From positions 406,534,001-406,598,000 of the forward strand of contig OZ024741.1 of NCBI GenBank assembly GCA_964016885.1: a stretch of DNA of 64,000 nt, given 5' to 3'. This stretch comes from Eledone cirrhosa (Eukaryota). Shown here in pieces: positions 63,811 to 64,000 of this stretch. A program made the translations under genes and the position numbers. Under the pieces are notes generated by a model. It had not been told where the DNA came from. It worked only from the letters and a program-made list of their open reading frames with translations, and did no database searches. Position 1 is the stretch's first letter. Every line of letters starts with the position of its first letter.

Positions 63811-64000
63811 TTAGTCAGGCCTAAGCCATTTTTCCAAAATATATTTCTGTACATGTGGACAACCGCCAAAGCAATTGAGTCGTGTGTTTAGGCAGTGCTT
63901 ATCCGAAGCTAATTGTGAGAGTATCCACCATTTTTCGGAATTACAAAGCCGACAAAATTTCGACCCATTTACATAGGCGGTAGATCTTTCCAATATACGC
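63811..64000 (-). CDS. C-terminus of a Penelope-like GIY-YIG endonuclease ORF (runs off the window)
   Basis: ILERSTAYVNGSKFCRLCNSEKWWIL...LNTR..CFGGCPH matches the Y..G.K.C.LC..EK..I...LN.R......C.H tail of PLE endonucleases. The GIY-YIG motif itself lies outside the window. Confidence 0.75.
   Translation of the reverse strand, partial: RILERSTAYVNGSKFCRLCNSEKWWILSQLASDKHCLNTRLNCFGGCPHVQKYILEKWLRPD

Larger units (their letters stand above)
63232..64000 (-). mobile_element. Penelope-like element 3' region with an inverted pseudo-LTR copy (arms 63232-63362 / 63543-63667)
   Basis: Endonuclease C-terminus at 63811-64000, a downstream inverted repeat and a hammerhead. Confidence 0.8.

Overview
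This is repeat-saturated animal genomic DNA. The microsatellite load and SINE types suggest a mollusc, probably an octopus-like cephalopod (inference). No host gene can be confidently called. Main contents: (i) six Tx1-clade LINE copies, four head-to-tail on + within (TCTA/TCTG)n at 19.3-32.1 kb and two on - within (TAA)n at 38.5-46.7 kb; (ii) 3' fragments of CRE-like, R4/Dong-like and RTE LINEs, a decayed DD37D-type Tc1/mariner transposase, a hAT-like MITE, non-autonomous Helitrons and many tRNA-derived SINEs; (iii) tandem arrays with 28, 28, 34, 41 and 79 bp units plus long microsatellites. The most striking signal is a set of short fold-back elements carrying type I hammerhead ribozyme motifs: 7 motifs with an intact core and about 4 degenerate ones, from several unrelated sequence families. 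Three elements carry a back-to-back pair, one pair shows a compensatory base change, and one pair sits at the centre of a near-perfect 1.9 kb palindrome. A Penelope-type endonuclease ORF end at the right edge links these motifs to Penelope-like retroelements. All calls were made by eye, boundaries are approximate, and no searches were run.
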